From: Verrucomicrobiota bacterium
GTDB lineage: Bacteria; Verrucomicrobiota; Lentisphaeria; Lentisphaerales; Lentisphaeraceae
DNA: 64,000 bases
NCBI GenBank assembly: GCA_039798785.1
Contig: JBDKFG010000010.1
Location: 23,733 to 87,732, forward strand
Reading direction: 5' to 3'
In this document: piece by piece, positions 42,438 through 51,314 of the stretch
Layout: each line of letters starts with the position of its first letter
How positions within the stretch are numbered: the stretch's first letter is position 1
Position numbers and translations under genes: made by a program
Notes under the pieces: generated by a model
Seen by the model: the letters and a program-made list of their open reading frames with translations, nothing else
What the model was told of the DNA's origin: nothing
Database searches by the model: none

Positions 42438-43811
42438 TCAGTTCTTCTGCCGGAGGAAGTCGCGCAGGGAGCGGCTGCCGGTCTCGGCGATGGCGAGGAG
42501 CGGCAGAAGAGCGGCGAGACGGCAGCAGCCGGTGATCAGGAAGAGGACCTGATAGGGGTCGAGAGACATTCCGAAAAGGAAGGTTTCCCGCTCGGGCATG
42601 AGCCAGCCCGAGACCAGGACTCCCGCCATCTGGAAGAGGCCGCAAAGCGCCGCATAGATGCCCGCCGCCGCCTGGCGTTCCCGAGGCCCGGTGAGGCTGA
42701 GGACGAAGTTCATCTGGCAGAGGTTGATGCAGGCCCAGGAGATGCCGGATGTGAGGGCTTCGACGAAGAGCAGGCCGTGAGATTCCTTCGAGACGAAAAG
42801 CCAGTACATCGGATTAAGAAAACCCAGGATGATTCCAAGGCACATCGCCGGGCGGTTGCCGAAACGGTCGATGGCTTTTCCCCAGAAGGGCAGGCTGCAG
42901 AGCATGCCGCCGAGAGAGATCAGCCCGTAGATCTGCTGTTCGACAAGCGTCATTTGCAGCTCCCTTTGCATGTAGGGCGACCAGAACTGGCTGCCGATGC
43001 CGATGGCGAAGGACCACACCGCCCCCAAGGCCAGCAGACGGCGGAAGCTGCCCTGGCGGAAGGCCAGAGAGTAGGGATCTTCGAGGGCCTCCTGGGGCGG
43101 CGGATGCGAAGCCCGCTCCGGCTGGCGGGAGAGGAAGATCAGACTGACGACGCTGAAGACCGTGGCGCTCGACAGGATCAGGAGGAAGAGATGCATGCGC
43201 GAAGAGAACACCTGGTCGCCTCGCCAGCCGCTGAGATCCGCCAGTGAAGCCCCCAGGCTTCCGGGCTTGCCGTCGTACCAGTCAAGCAGTAGACCGCCGG
43301 CAAAGCCGATGGCGACGCCGGCGAGATTGGTCATGAAGCTGCGACGGGCGAAAAAACGCCCCCGTATCCCTTTCGGCACGCTGTCGGAGATCCAGGCAGT
43401 CCAGATGTTCGCCGCCACCGCCTGGCAGATGCCCGAGATGACGATGACCAGCAGCACCGCGGGGAAGGCGAAGTCCCGCGGCAGGACGAACGGCAGAAGC
43501 GCCAGCATCGCCATGGAAAGTCGCGACAGGCCGGCAAGAATCATCACTAGGCGGCGCCGGGAGTAGGATCTCGCCTGCATCGACACCCGGGCCCCGAAAA
43601 GCTGGCAGAGGAGCACGGATTGCGATGCCGCCGCCAACAGGGTCAGCTCGTGGTCGGCCATCCCCAGCTCCAGGCAATACGCCGTGATGAAAGCGGTTCC
43701 CACCGAGCTGAGGGCGAAATACATTTGGAAGAAAACGCCGTCCCAGGTCGACCAGTAGACGGTCTCCTTGAGATGCCCGGAGCGAGGCGGGAGGAAGCGG
43801 ATGGATTTCAT
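42438..43811 (-). CDS. MFS transporter
   Basis: Many TM helices; WISDSVPKGIRGRFFARR, WGKAIDRFGNRP. Confidence 0.88.
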   Translation of the reverse strand: MKSIRFLPPRSGHLKETVYWSTWDGVFFQMYFALSSVGTAFITAYCLELGMADHELTLLAAASQSVLLCQLFGARVSMQARSYSRRRLVMILAGLSRLSMAMLALLPFVLPRDFAFPAVLLVIVISGICQAVAANIWTAWISDSVPKGIRGRFFARRSFMTNLAGVAIGFAGGLLLDWYDGKPGSLGASLADLSGWRGDQVFSSRMHLFLLILSSATVFSVVSLIFLSRQPERASHPPPQEALEDPYSLAFRQGSFRRLLALGAVWSFAIGIGSQFWSPYMQRELQMTLVEQQIYGLISLGGMLCSLPFWGKAIDRFGNRPAMCLGIILGFLNPMYWLFVSKESHGLLFVEALTSGISWACINLCQMNFVLSLTGPRERQAAAGIYAALCGLFQMAGVLVSGWLMPERETFLFGMSLDPYQVLFLITGCCRLAALLPLLAIAETGSRSLRDFLRQKN

Positions 43812-43830
43812 CGGCAGGCGGTCCAGGACC

Positions 43831-44250
43831 TCAGAGTGCGGCGCCACGGACCTTTCGGATCTCGGCGATGATCGCGGGGAGGAGGGCTGAATCGACGCCG
43901 GGACGGCCCGATGGCATCGGCAGCTCCTCCGCGGTGGCGGCGACGACCGCTTCCGACGAAGCAATCACGGGATGGCGCGGGTCGTGCAGATACTGCGGCC
44001 GTTGACGCCAGCTGTCGCTGCCGCCGCTGCGTGCCTCGGCAGCGATTTCATAACGATGCTTCTCCTTGCCGGCACTGCCGATGATCTGCAGCCAGAGGCT
44101 TTTGTCGCCTTTGATGTCGACGCAGAGGAAGGGGCCGTTGCGGAGCACGCCAGGTGCGGCGGTGCAGCGGACGCCACTTGCGCCGAGTAGGCAAGCGACG
44201 TCGAAATAGGCGACGGCGCCCGGCTGGATTTCGGTCGAGGCGATGGGCAT
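43831..44250 (-). CDS. Hypothetical protein
   Basis: 139-aa ORF directly upstream of and co-oriented with the MFS gene; no certain motif. Confidence 0.6.
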   Translation of the reverse strand: MPIASTEIQPGAVAYFDVACLLGASGVRCTAAPGVLRNGPFLCVDIKGDKSLWLQIIGSAGKEKHRYEIAAEARSGGSDSWRQRPQYLHDPRHPVIASSEAVVAATAEELPMPSGRPGVDSALLPAIIAEIRKVRGAAL

Positions 44251-44463
44251 GAGATGAGCTCTTGTGGTCAAGGGTTTTACGGGCAAGCAGGCTAGTGCGG
44301 CGGCGGCGGATGGCAAGCGGAAAATTCTTGTTCTTGAAGATTTCGCATCGGGGAATTCTTGACTCAGCCCCTTGCAGAGACTTGAAAAGTTGGCATCTTT
44401 ATGTGTCTTGTTATATAGAAGGCAAGAGCAATTCCAGTAGAAACTTCAAACAGGAGCCTGCAG

Positions 44464-45909
44464 ATGAGTGAAACTCCGAACAGTCCGGCAAGCGGATCTA
44501 GTGACAAAACGAGCACGTTCCTTCCCATCGCCCTGGTTACGAGCTTGTTTTTTTGCTGGGGTCTAACCAATAACCTGTTACCCTCATTGGCCCCGAAGCT
44601 GAAGGCCGCCTGTGAGGTGACCAATACTCAGTCGATGTTGGTTGAGACAGCCAACTGGGGCGCTTACTTTTTGATGGCCTTGCCGGCCGCGGTCCTGATG
44701 CGCAGGATGGGCTACAAGGCGGGGATGCTGGCGGGGTTGTTTACGGCTGTCCTCGGCTGCTTCCTCTTCATCCCGGCTGCCAAAGCCGCCTTATTCCCGC
44801 TGCTGCTTACAGCCCTTTTTATCACGGCCTCCGGCATGGTTTTTCTTGAGACAGCGGCCAATCCTTATATTTCAGTTTTAGGGCGTCAAGACCGTGCTGC
44901 TTTCCGTTTGAATCTGGCTCAATCTTTCAACGGCTTGGCAGCTTTGGTCGCTGGACTCTGGCTGTCGAAAATGATCATCAAGAAGGAGACTCCCGAGCAG
45001 GTTTTGGCTTTGTTTCCGAAGGACGAGGGGGTGGCTAAGCTGGTCACTGAATCGGCGACCCTGCCCGAGTCTCAGAGAGTCGACTTCTTGTTGAAGCAGC
45101 TCCATGAAATCGCTCCTGCTGCTCACAAGCAGTATCTGCTTGATCAAGCGGCGATGGTGATCACCCCGTATGTCTGCATTGGCGTTTTTCTTCTGCTCAT
45201 CGCCATCCTCTTCGTCTTTGTCAAACTGCCTGAAATCAAGGAAGAGGCACCTGCTTCCGATGCGAAGAGCTTTAGCATTTTCCATCATCCTCTACTGCTT
45301 TTCGGCGTCATTGCCCAGTTCTGTTATGTCGGGGTGCAGTGTGGAATTGATGCGAACTTCATCAATTACACGAAGGAAGTGACAGGCTTGTCGCAGTATG
45401 ATGCCACCACTTACTTGGGTTTGATCCTCGGTTGTTTCTTCCTCGGTCGAGTCAGTGGCACGGTGATCATGAGCCGTGTCTCTCCTGCCCTTGTGTTGTT
45501 GGTCTTCTGCATCGGAACCATGGGGCTTATGGCGGCGGCGGCGTTAATTGGGACCGATCCACACGCTGGCAAGCATGTGGTTTCAGTCCCCGGATGGCTG
45601 GGATTGGGTGATGAGTTGGTCTTCACCACGCATGCCGCCCCCTATCTCTTCATGGGGATGAAATTCCTGATGTCGATCATGTTCCCGACGATATTCTCTC
45701 TTTCCTTGCGCGGTTTGGGGTCCTACACCAAGATCGGTTCTTCGTTCCTCGTGATGTCAATTGTCGGTGGCGCTCTCATTCCCTTGATCATGGGGAAGGT
45801 CGCCGATACGACACACTCATATAAGGACACTTTGTGGCCATTGGTCGTCTTTATGCTTCCGGTTTTGTACTTTGCTATCCGTGCCCGGCGTGACGAGAGC
45901 GCTTCCTGA
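44464..45909 (+). CDS. FucP-family sugar:H+ symporter (MFS)
   Basis: LVTSLFFCWG, GYKAG, LETAANPY, RLNLAQSFNG, SIMFPTIF, MSIVGGA. Confidence 0.92.
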   Translation: MSETPNSPASGSSDKTSTFLPIALVTSLFFCWGLTNNLLPSLAPKLKAACEVTNTQSMLVETANWGAYFLMALPAAVLMRRMGYKAGMLAGLFTAVLGCFLFIPAAKAALFPLLLTALFITASGMVFLETAANPYISVLGRQDRAAFRLNLAQSFNGLAALVAGLWLSKMIIKKETPEQVLALFPKDEGVAKLVTESATLPESQRVDFLLKQLHEIAPAAHKQYLLDQAAMVITPYVCIGVFLLLIAILFVFVKLPEIKEEAPASDAKSFSIFHHPLLLFGVIAQFCYVGVQCGIDANFINYTKEVTGLSQYDATTYLGLILGCFFLGRVSGTVIMSRVSPALVLLVFCIGTMGLMAAAALIGTDPHAGKHVVSVPGWLGLGDELVFTTHAAPYLFMGMKFLMSIMFPTIFSLSLRGLGSYTKIGSSFLVMSIVGGALIPLIMGKVADTTHSYKDTLWPLVVFMLPVLYFAIRARRDESAS

Positions 45910-45928
45910 ATCCGGTTTTTACCTGGCC

Positions 45929-45963
45929 ATCCTCGGCGGCTGTTGTCGCCGAGGATTTTTTTT
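45929..45963 (+). terminator. Rho-independent terminator
   Basis: ATCCTCGGCGGC-loop-GTCGCCGAGGAT-T run. Confidence 0.8.
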
Positions 45964-46164
45964 GCTTCAATGGCCTGCATCAAAACGCTGCATCTCTTGT
46001 TTGATTTTGCTGTGTCATGAGGTTTTTTGAAGGGTGTGAAATCTTTTTGAAATTTTTAAATGGTTTGTAATGATGTTTTTACGTCATTGACTGTGAGTGT
46101 GGCATGATTTGAGCTAATCCTACAGACGGACAGAGTCCAATAACCCCCCAACAGGAGACATCCC

Positions 46165-47385
46165 ATGAAGACCCGTAAAAACTCATTCAGCATGGTCGAG
46201 ATGCTGGTCGTGATCACCATCATCGGCGTTCTTGGTTCGATGATCATCGGTTCCATTGACAAAGCCCGAGACATGGCCGGTCGAGTCACTTGCTTGAACA
46301 ACATCAAGAACATCTCTGTGATGACCGAACTCTATCGCAAGAACAACAAGGTGATGCCTTATTCATCCACCTGGCTCACCGACTTCAGCTTCGCCGCCCC
46401 CTACAACAGCAACAGCTACGAAGTCTTCAACTGCAACGGAGACACTGACGGTGTCAGCTGCACTGACGCCAGCGGACTGAACGGCAAGACTTCCTACTAC
46501 TTCACTCCCGCTCGTGCCACCATGATCAAGAACTGGCAAGACGCCATCGACAACGGCATGAGCACCAAAAACATCGCCCAGATCTCGGACATGACCACTG
46601 CCGCGATCTATGATAAATCGCCCAGCCACCACAAGGGCTACGTCAACATCGTCTATCTGATGTCGGAGGAAAGCGACAAGGCCGGCGTCGGCACCACCAT
46701 AGGTCAATTGGATGATCTTTATGTCCTCGACAGCAATAACTTGCTGAATCTGACCGACGCCGTGGCCAGCACCAGCACTGACACCAGCACCAGCGTTGAC
46801 ACGGCCAGCGGCACTGTCACCACTTCGACAGTGGAAACCTTGGTCAGCACCAACGCTGCCACCGGCACCACCACCACCATCACTACGATCTGGACCACCA
46901 CCACACCGCTGGGCAGCGTTGGCATCAACCCCTCGAACTCTGATAACAACATCTTCACCATCGTCACGCCTGACGGCTCGATCACCTTCATCCGCGACAA
47001 CAACATCGACGACTACATGAGCGGTTCGGCCAAGCAGGTCACCATCAAGGTCAAGGGCAACGGCAACGTCTTGACTCTTGGTCTTGATGAAAAAGGCAAC
47101 CCCATCACCATGACCCTGGTCAACAACGAGACCTACTCGATCACCGGTAAGGAAGGCACCTTCGACTACACCCTCACTGCCGGCAACGGCAATGGCCAGT
47201 GGGTGATCAACATCACCAACGGCGCCTCCAATGGCCTGGTCGTCGCTACGGTCGAGTCCGTCTCCACCGCGGTTGGCACCACTGTCGGCGGCAGCGCCAC
47301 CAACGGCAGCAATCCCACCACCTTGACACCCACCACCACCACCACCACCACCACCACCGTCAAAGGCAATGGTGGCAAGAAATAA
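46165..47385 (+). CDS. Prepilin-type N-terminal cleavage/methylation domain protein with a Thr/Ser/Gly/Asn-rich C-terminal extension
   Basis: KNS-FSMVEMLVVITIIGVLGSMI; KARDMAGRVTCLNNIKNI; poly-Thr tail encoded by (ACC)9. Confidence 0.88.
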   Translation: MKTRKNSFSMVEMLVVITIIGVLGSMIIGSIDKARDMAGRVTCLNNIKNISVMTELYRKNNKVMPYSSTWLTDFSFAAPYNSNSYEVFNCNGDTDGVSCTDASGLNGKTSYYFTPARATMIKNWQDAIDNGMSTKNIAQISDMTTAAIYDKSPSHHKGYVNIVYLMSEESDKAGVGTTIGQLDDLYVLDSNNLLNLTDAVASTSTDTSTSVDTASGTVTTSTVETLVSTNAATGTTTTITTIWTTTTPLGSVGINPSNSDNNIFTIVTPDGSITFIRDNNIDDYMSGSAKQVTIKVKGNGNVLTLGLDEKGNPITMTLVNNETYSITGKEGTFDYTLTAGNGNGQWVINITNGASNGLVVATVESVSTAVGTTVGGSATNGSNPTTLTPTTTTTTTTTVKGNGGKK

Positions 47386-47405
47386 GTAGCTGGCGCGAAG
47401 ATCGG

Positions 47406-47436
47406 AAGGCAGCCCGGAACTCCGGGCTGCCTTTTT
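47406..47436 (+). terminator. Rho-independent terminator
   Basis: AAGGCAGCCCGGA-AC-TCCGGGCTGCCTTTTT. Confidence 0.85.
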
Positions 47437-47530
47437 AGTGACCTAAAGCGGTGAATTCCATTTCGTGCGAGCTTGTCAGCCCCACGCAGCGCGGCAGATT
47501 GGAGTTTGTGACACGGAGTTTGAATCGACC

Positions 47531-50155
47531 ATGACAGAGCAGACCGAGCCCCTGATCGGGGACCAGATCCCTTCGCCGCGAGCCTTCCCGGAGATCGACC
47601 AGATCTTTATTGAGTGGGACTCTCCGCGCTTTCGGGAGAAAAGCAGTATCGAACGCAACAAGATCGTCAACAAGACCCTGACGGATCTGATCATGAAGGC
47701 GCCGCGAGGCTGCTTCCTTCTTCGCGAAATCAGCAATTTCCTTGAGCGGATGACCGAATCCCGAGTGCTGGACGGGCATTACAATCTCTCCGCCTACGAA
47801 CGCTGGTTGAATCAGCATTCCGGCCTCTCCTACGAAGAAAACCGCCTGATCCGCGGCAAGATCGTCGGACGCTACATTCCTCGCGACGAATACCAACAGC
47901 TCTTCCCCATCGGCGGCGACCGCATCCATCCCAATTGCCACACCGTCACGGCGCATAATCCGCCAGATCTCGATTCGACCACAGCCTCCTTTGTCGGCTG
48001 GCTCGACGCCTTCGCCTGCCGTGTCGGTTCCTCCTTGCACATCTGGAACGTCCCGCAGGGCGAGCCGGGCGAGCTGATCGCCAAACTCTTCAACGACATC
48101 TTCGGGAAGGCGCTCTTCCATCGCGTCGCCAAAGACAAGACAATGATCTCGCCGACGGCAATGGAGCTGGTCCGCCAGGACCGCCTCATCCGGGTCAGCG
48201 GCGAAACCAGCATCCGCGACTTCCAGCACAATCGTCATGAAAACCACATCATGCTGGTCAACGGCGACGGATATTACATCGGCGACTGGCGCGTCACCGA
48301 CGTTGACTCGGTAGGTCGCGTCCAGCGACTTCTCAACATCTGCGTCAACTCCTACGAAAAGCGCCTCGTCACCGACCTCTCGGCTCTATTGGCCTCCACG
48401 CCGGTGCGTCGCCAGGACTTCACCGCCTTGAGTGAATCCCTGCTGCTGCGCCGCATTTCCGATTTCGGCGGCCAGTTGCAGCGCTATTCCGGCGACGAGA
48501 TGCAGCTGCTCGACAAATACCTTCGCGTCGTCCTCGGCGTCGAGTCCGGTTGCAATGCCCATATGGCCGACTTCTTCGTCGTCATGGACCGCCGCGCCGG
48601 CAGCAACTTCGCCAGCTTCGTCGAGAACTTCAACCTCTTCACCGCTCCCGAGAGCTGGACATCCGATGGCGTCCTGGCGCTCAGCCCTGAACGCCTCTTT
48701 CAGGCCTTCAACGCCACCTACAGCGCCCTCTCCGAGTCGACCACGCGCTACCGGGCTTATTGCGACCGGCTGGATGTCGCGATGTCGGTCAAGCGCGACG
48801 TCCTGGGGCACCGGCCCAACTACGTCAGCACCAAGTCGGACATCGCCGAGATCCAGGACAAGATGAAGGACTACCAGCACGTCGCGGTCTGTTTCGCCGA
48901 TGCTTCGGCCCGACTTGTCCCGGTGGGGGTGATCCACCGCGACGATCTCGAGGAGTCGGTGCAGGGTACGGTCTCTCTGCGCGACTTCCTCAACCACGAC
49001 GAGATCAAGATTGCCTCCAGCGTCGCAGTGATCTCCGCCATCGACCACCACAAGTCGACGATGAACTCGAAGCAGTGCATGACCATCACCATCGCCGACG
49101 TCCAATCGGCCAACGTCCTGGTGGCGGAACGGAGCTTCCACCTCAACGATCTTTACTCCACTCGCGGCCAGAGCCGCGAATCGATCGAAGCGCAGATCCG
49201 CGAGCTGGCCGCAAGCCCAAGCGACGAGCCTAGCCACCTGCGCCTTCTTGAGCGATTGACCCGCAAACGACTGGCCTTGAAACGGGCAGGCAACAGCTTC
49301 TTCGTCAGCCCCGAGCGCGAATTCACTGAATATCTCTTGCTTCTGAACGCCATCGTCGACGACACCGACCTGTTCCAGAAATGCGGCTGGCGCGATCTCG
49401 ATTGCGTCTGCCAGCTGATCAACCGGATGAAATCGATCCTCCTCGGGCGGGAAGTGGAAGTCCTGGATGTTTCACACTACCCCCGCGTCGGCAAGTACCT
49501 GCGTCAGGCGATCCGGGACATTCTCGTCGATCCGGACGCTTATTCCTTCTATCGCGCCATTTTCACTCACCGCCAGGCTGTCATGGATCGCTGGATGCTC
49601 GTCCCCGAGCAGTTGTCGTGCTGCTTCGAGGACCGCAAGATCCAGAACGAGTTCTGCGCCGTGTCGCAACACAAGCTCTTTCCTGGCAACCGGGAAGTCT
49701 TCATCCAGCGCCGCGCCGAGATCCTCGCCTTCTGGCTGGAGATCAGTGCCGATCTGCGCCGCAAGAACGGTTCGGTGGACTTCTTCCTCCACATGACCTC
49801 GACCATTCCTGGAGCTGACGAGGCTTATCTCGGGCGCATGCCCGATACTTCCGAGGAGGATGAGATCTGGATCACCGTCGATCAGAGTTCGGATCAGGGC
49901 CTGGCTCGTCTGCGCCACTTCCTGTCGATGGTCAAGTCGAGCACCAAATACAACTCGGTGCGCTTGCGTTCCACCATCGAAGGACGCCCAGGCGTCCAGC
50001 GCGACGCCTTGGTCGCTAACTTCCACCAGGCCTTGCCTGCGCACAACCTCAGCATCAGCGATGCCTCCTATCAGCGCCCTGTCTTGGTCTTCCGCTTCAT
50101 CCAAGGCTCGATGAATTCGCGCAAGGCCGATGTCACGCCATATCTGCCAAGTTGA
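47531..50155 (+). CDS. Large DHH-superfamily protein, divergent family II inorganic pyrophosphatase-like with two CBS-like domains
   Basis: AHNPPDLDST, CBS-like segments ending GDWRVTD and GVIHRDDL, ISAIDHHK, LLNAIVDDTDLF, C-terminal NSRKADVTPYL, in the PpaC motif order. Confidence 0.7.
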   Translation: MTEQTEPLIGDQIPSPRAFPEIDQIFIEWDSPRFREKSSIERNKIVNKTLTDLIMKAPRGCFLLREISNFLERMTESRVLDGHYNLSAYERWLNQHSGLSYEENRLIRGKIVGRYIPRDEYQQLFPIGGDRIHPNCHTVTAHNPPDLDSTTASFVGWLDAFACRVGSSLHIWNVPQGEPGELIAKLFNDIFGKALFHRVAKDKTMISPTAMELVRQDRLIRVSGETSIRDFQHNRHENHIMLVNGDGYYIGDWRVTDVDSVGRVQRLLNICVNSYEKRLVTDLSALLASTPVRRQDFTALSESLLLRRISDFGGQLQRYSGDEMQLLDKYLRVVLGVESGCNAHMADFFVVMDRRAGSNFASFVENFNLFTAPESWTSDGVLALSPERLFQAFNATYSALSESTTRYRAYCDRLDVAMSVKRDVLGHRPNYVSTKSDIAEIQDKMKDYQHVAVCFADASARLVPVGVIHRDDLEESVQGTVSLRDFLNHDEIKIASSVAVISAIDHHKSTMNSKQCMTITIADVQSANVLVAERSFHLNDLYSTRGQSRESIEAQIRELAASPSDEPSHLRLLERLTRKRLALKRAGNSFFVSPEREFTEYLLLLNAIVDDTDLFQKCGWRDLDCVCQLINRMKSILLGREVEVLDVSHYPRVGKYLRQAIRDILVDPDAYSFYRAIFTHRQAVMDRWMLVPEQLSCCFEDRKIQNEFCAVSQHKLFPGNREVFIQRRAEILAFWLEISADLRRKNGSVDFFLHMTSTIPGADEAYLGRMPDTSEEDEIWITVDQSSDQGLARLRHFLSMVKSSTKYNSVRLRSTIEGRPGVQRDALVANFHQALPAHNLSISDASYQRPVLVFRFIQGSMNSRKADVTPYLPS

Positions 50156-50308
50156 CCCGAACCCGGGACAATTTGTCCCGGCTCAAGCAGGTAAACTTAT
50201 GACATCTTTCGATTAAGCTCTTGTGGGAACGCTGATTCCGGCGTTATCCTTGCAGTGTGGAGGGGGCGACCTGCTTCGTCTCGTTGGTGTAGAAACGGAG
50301 ATCACGCC

Positions 50309-50716
50309 ATGACCTACAGAAAATACATCCTGCCAAAAGACGAAGTCGGCTGCCTGACCCAGGCGGTAGCGATCCAGGACGGCACCGTCCTTCTGGAGAA
50401 GGACGACAAGAGCACCTTCTACCTGGCTCATCTCCAGGACGACATGGTGCTGCCTTTGTCCTTGCACATCCTGGAAGTCGCCGACAGCCGCGAGGAGCGG
50501 CCCCAGATTCATCCTGAGAACAAAAGCAAGCCTGCCCCTGCAAAGCAGGAGGCCGACAGCGATGAGATCGCACTTGCCGGAATGCCTCTCGATCTGCGGA
50601 TGCGTTTCCTTATCCCGCAGGGAATGGACCGCGGGGTTTTCGAGAAAGTCTTGAAAGAGGAGATCGGCAAAGCGGTCGAGCGTTCCTTGAAGCGGATCAG
50701 CGATGACGAGAAATGA
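50309..50716 (+). CDS. Hypothetical protein
   Basis: GGAG RBS, 135 aa, host-like codon usage. Confidence 0.7.
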   Translation: MTYRKYILPKDEVGCLTQAVAIQDGTVLLEKDDKSTFYLAHLQDDMVLPLSLHILEVADSREERPQIHPENKSKPAPAKQEADSDEIALAGMPLDLRMRFLIPQGMDRGVFEKVLKEEIGKAVERSLKRISDDEK

Positions 50717-50727
50717 ATGAGATTGAA

Positions 50728-50902
50728 GCTGCCCCAAGCAGTCGTGAATCCCTAGGCGCCTTTTGCATTGTCTCGAAGCGGTCCCCGGAGTGGGCGATGA
50801 TTCAAACCCGGGCTGGAGGCCGAATCCTGAAGCCACTACCGGCAGGGGGACTCGCAGATTGAGGCCTCCGGTCAAAACCGGGTGCTTTGAGGTGGGGCCT
50901 TT
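50728..50902. ncRNA. Candidate structured RNA (6S-sized), identity unconfirmed
   Basis: GCCCCA/TGGGGC and AAGCA/TGCTT close ~170 nt containing nested stems CCCGG/CCGGG and CTGGAGGCC/GGCCTCCGG. Confidence 0.35.
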
Positions 50903-50991
50903 CGCGCATTCCGCAAATTCCCTCCCGGCACGCCGCGCTTTCCGGCTGAAGCAAGGTATTTTCCGCGCCCAATCCCCCGGAACCCCTTCCC

Positions 50992-51312
50992 ATGCTACGT
51001 CTTTACTACATCCCCTGCCCTTCGCGCGAGGCTGCCCTGTCACTGGCTCGCGCCGTGGTTGAGGCCGGCCACGCCGCCTGCGCCCAGGTCCTGGCCGAAG
51101 CGACCAGCGTCTACAGATGGGAAGGCGAGCTCTGCCAGGAGCCGGAAACTGTCCTGATCCTGAAAACACCCGCGCCCCGCGCCGCCGAACTGGAGTCCTT
51201 CGTGAAAAGCCATCACCCTTACGCCGTCCCCGCCCTGATCTCCTGGGAAGCGAGCGCCAACGTCGAATATCTCCACTGGGCCCGAAGCGGCACCGCTCAA
51301 AGGGAGTCCTGA
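50992..51312 (+). CDS. cutA: Divalent-cation tolerance protein CutA
   Basis: AACAQ, SVYRWEG, LKT, HPYAVPAL. Confidence 0.93.
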   Translation: MLRLYYIPCPSREAALSLARAVVEAGHAACAQVLAEATSVYRWEGELCQEPETVLILKTPAPRAAELESFVKSHHPYAVPALISWEASANVEYLHWARSGTAQRES

Positions 51313-51314
51313 TC

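Noticed and set aside
50790..50815. tRNA-Sec or fluoride riboswitch (TTCAAA and GGCGATG motifs)
   Set aside because: The flanking stems do not form the required anticodon arm or riboswitch pairing.
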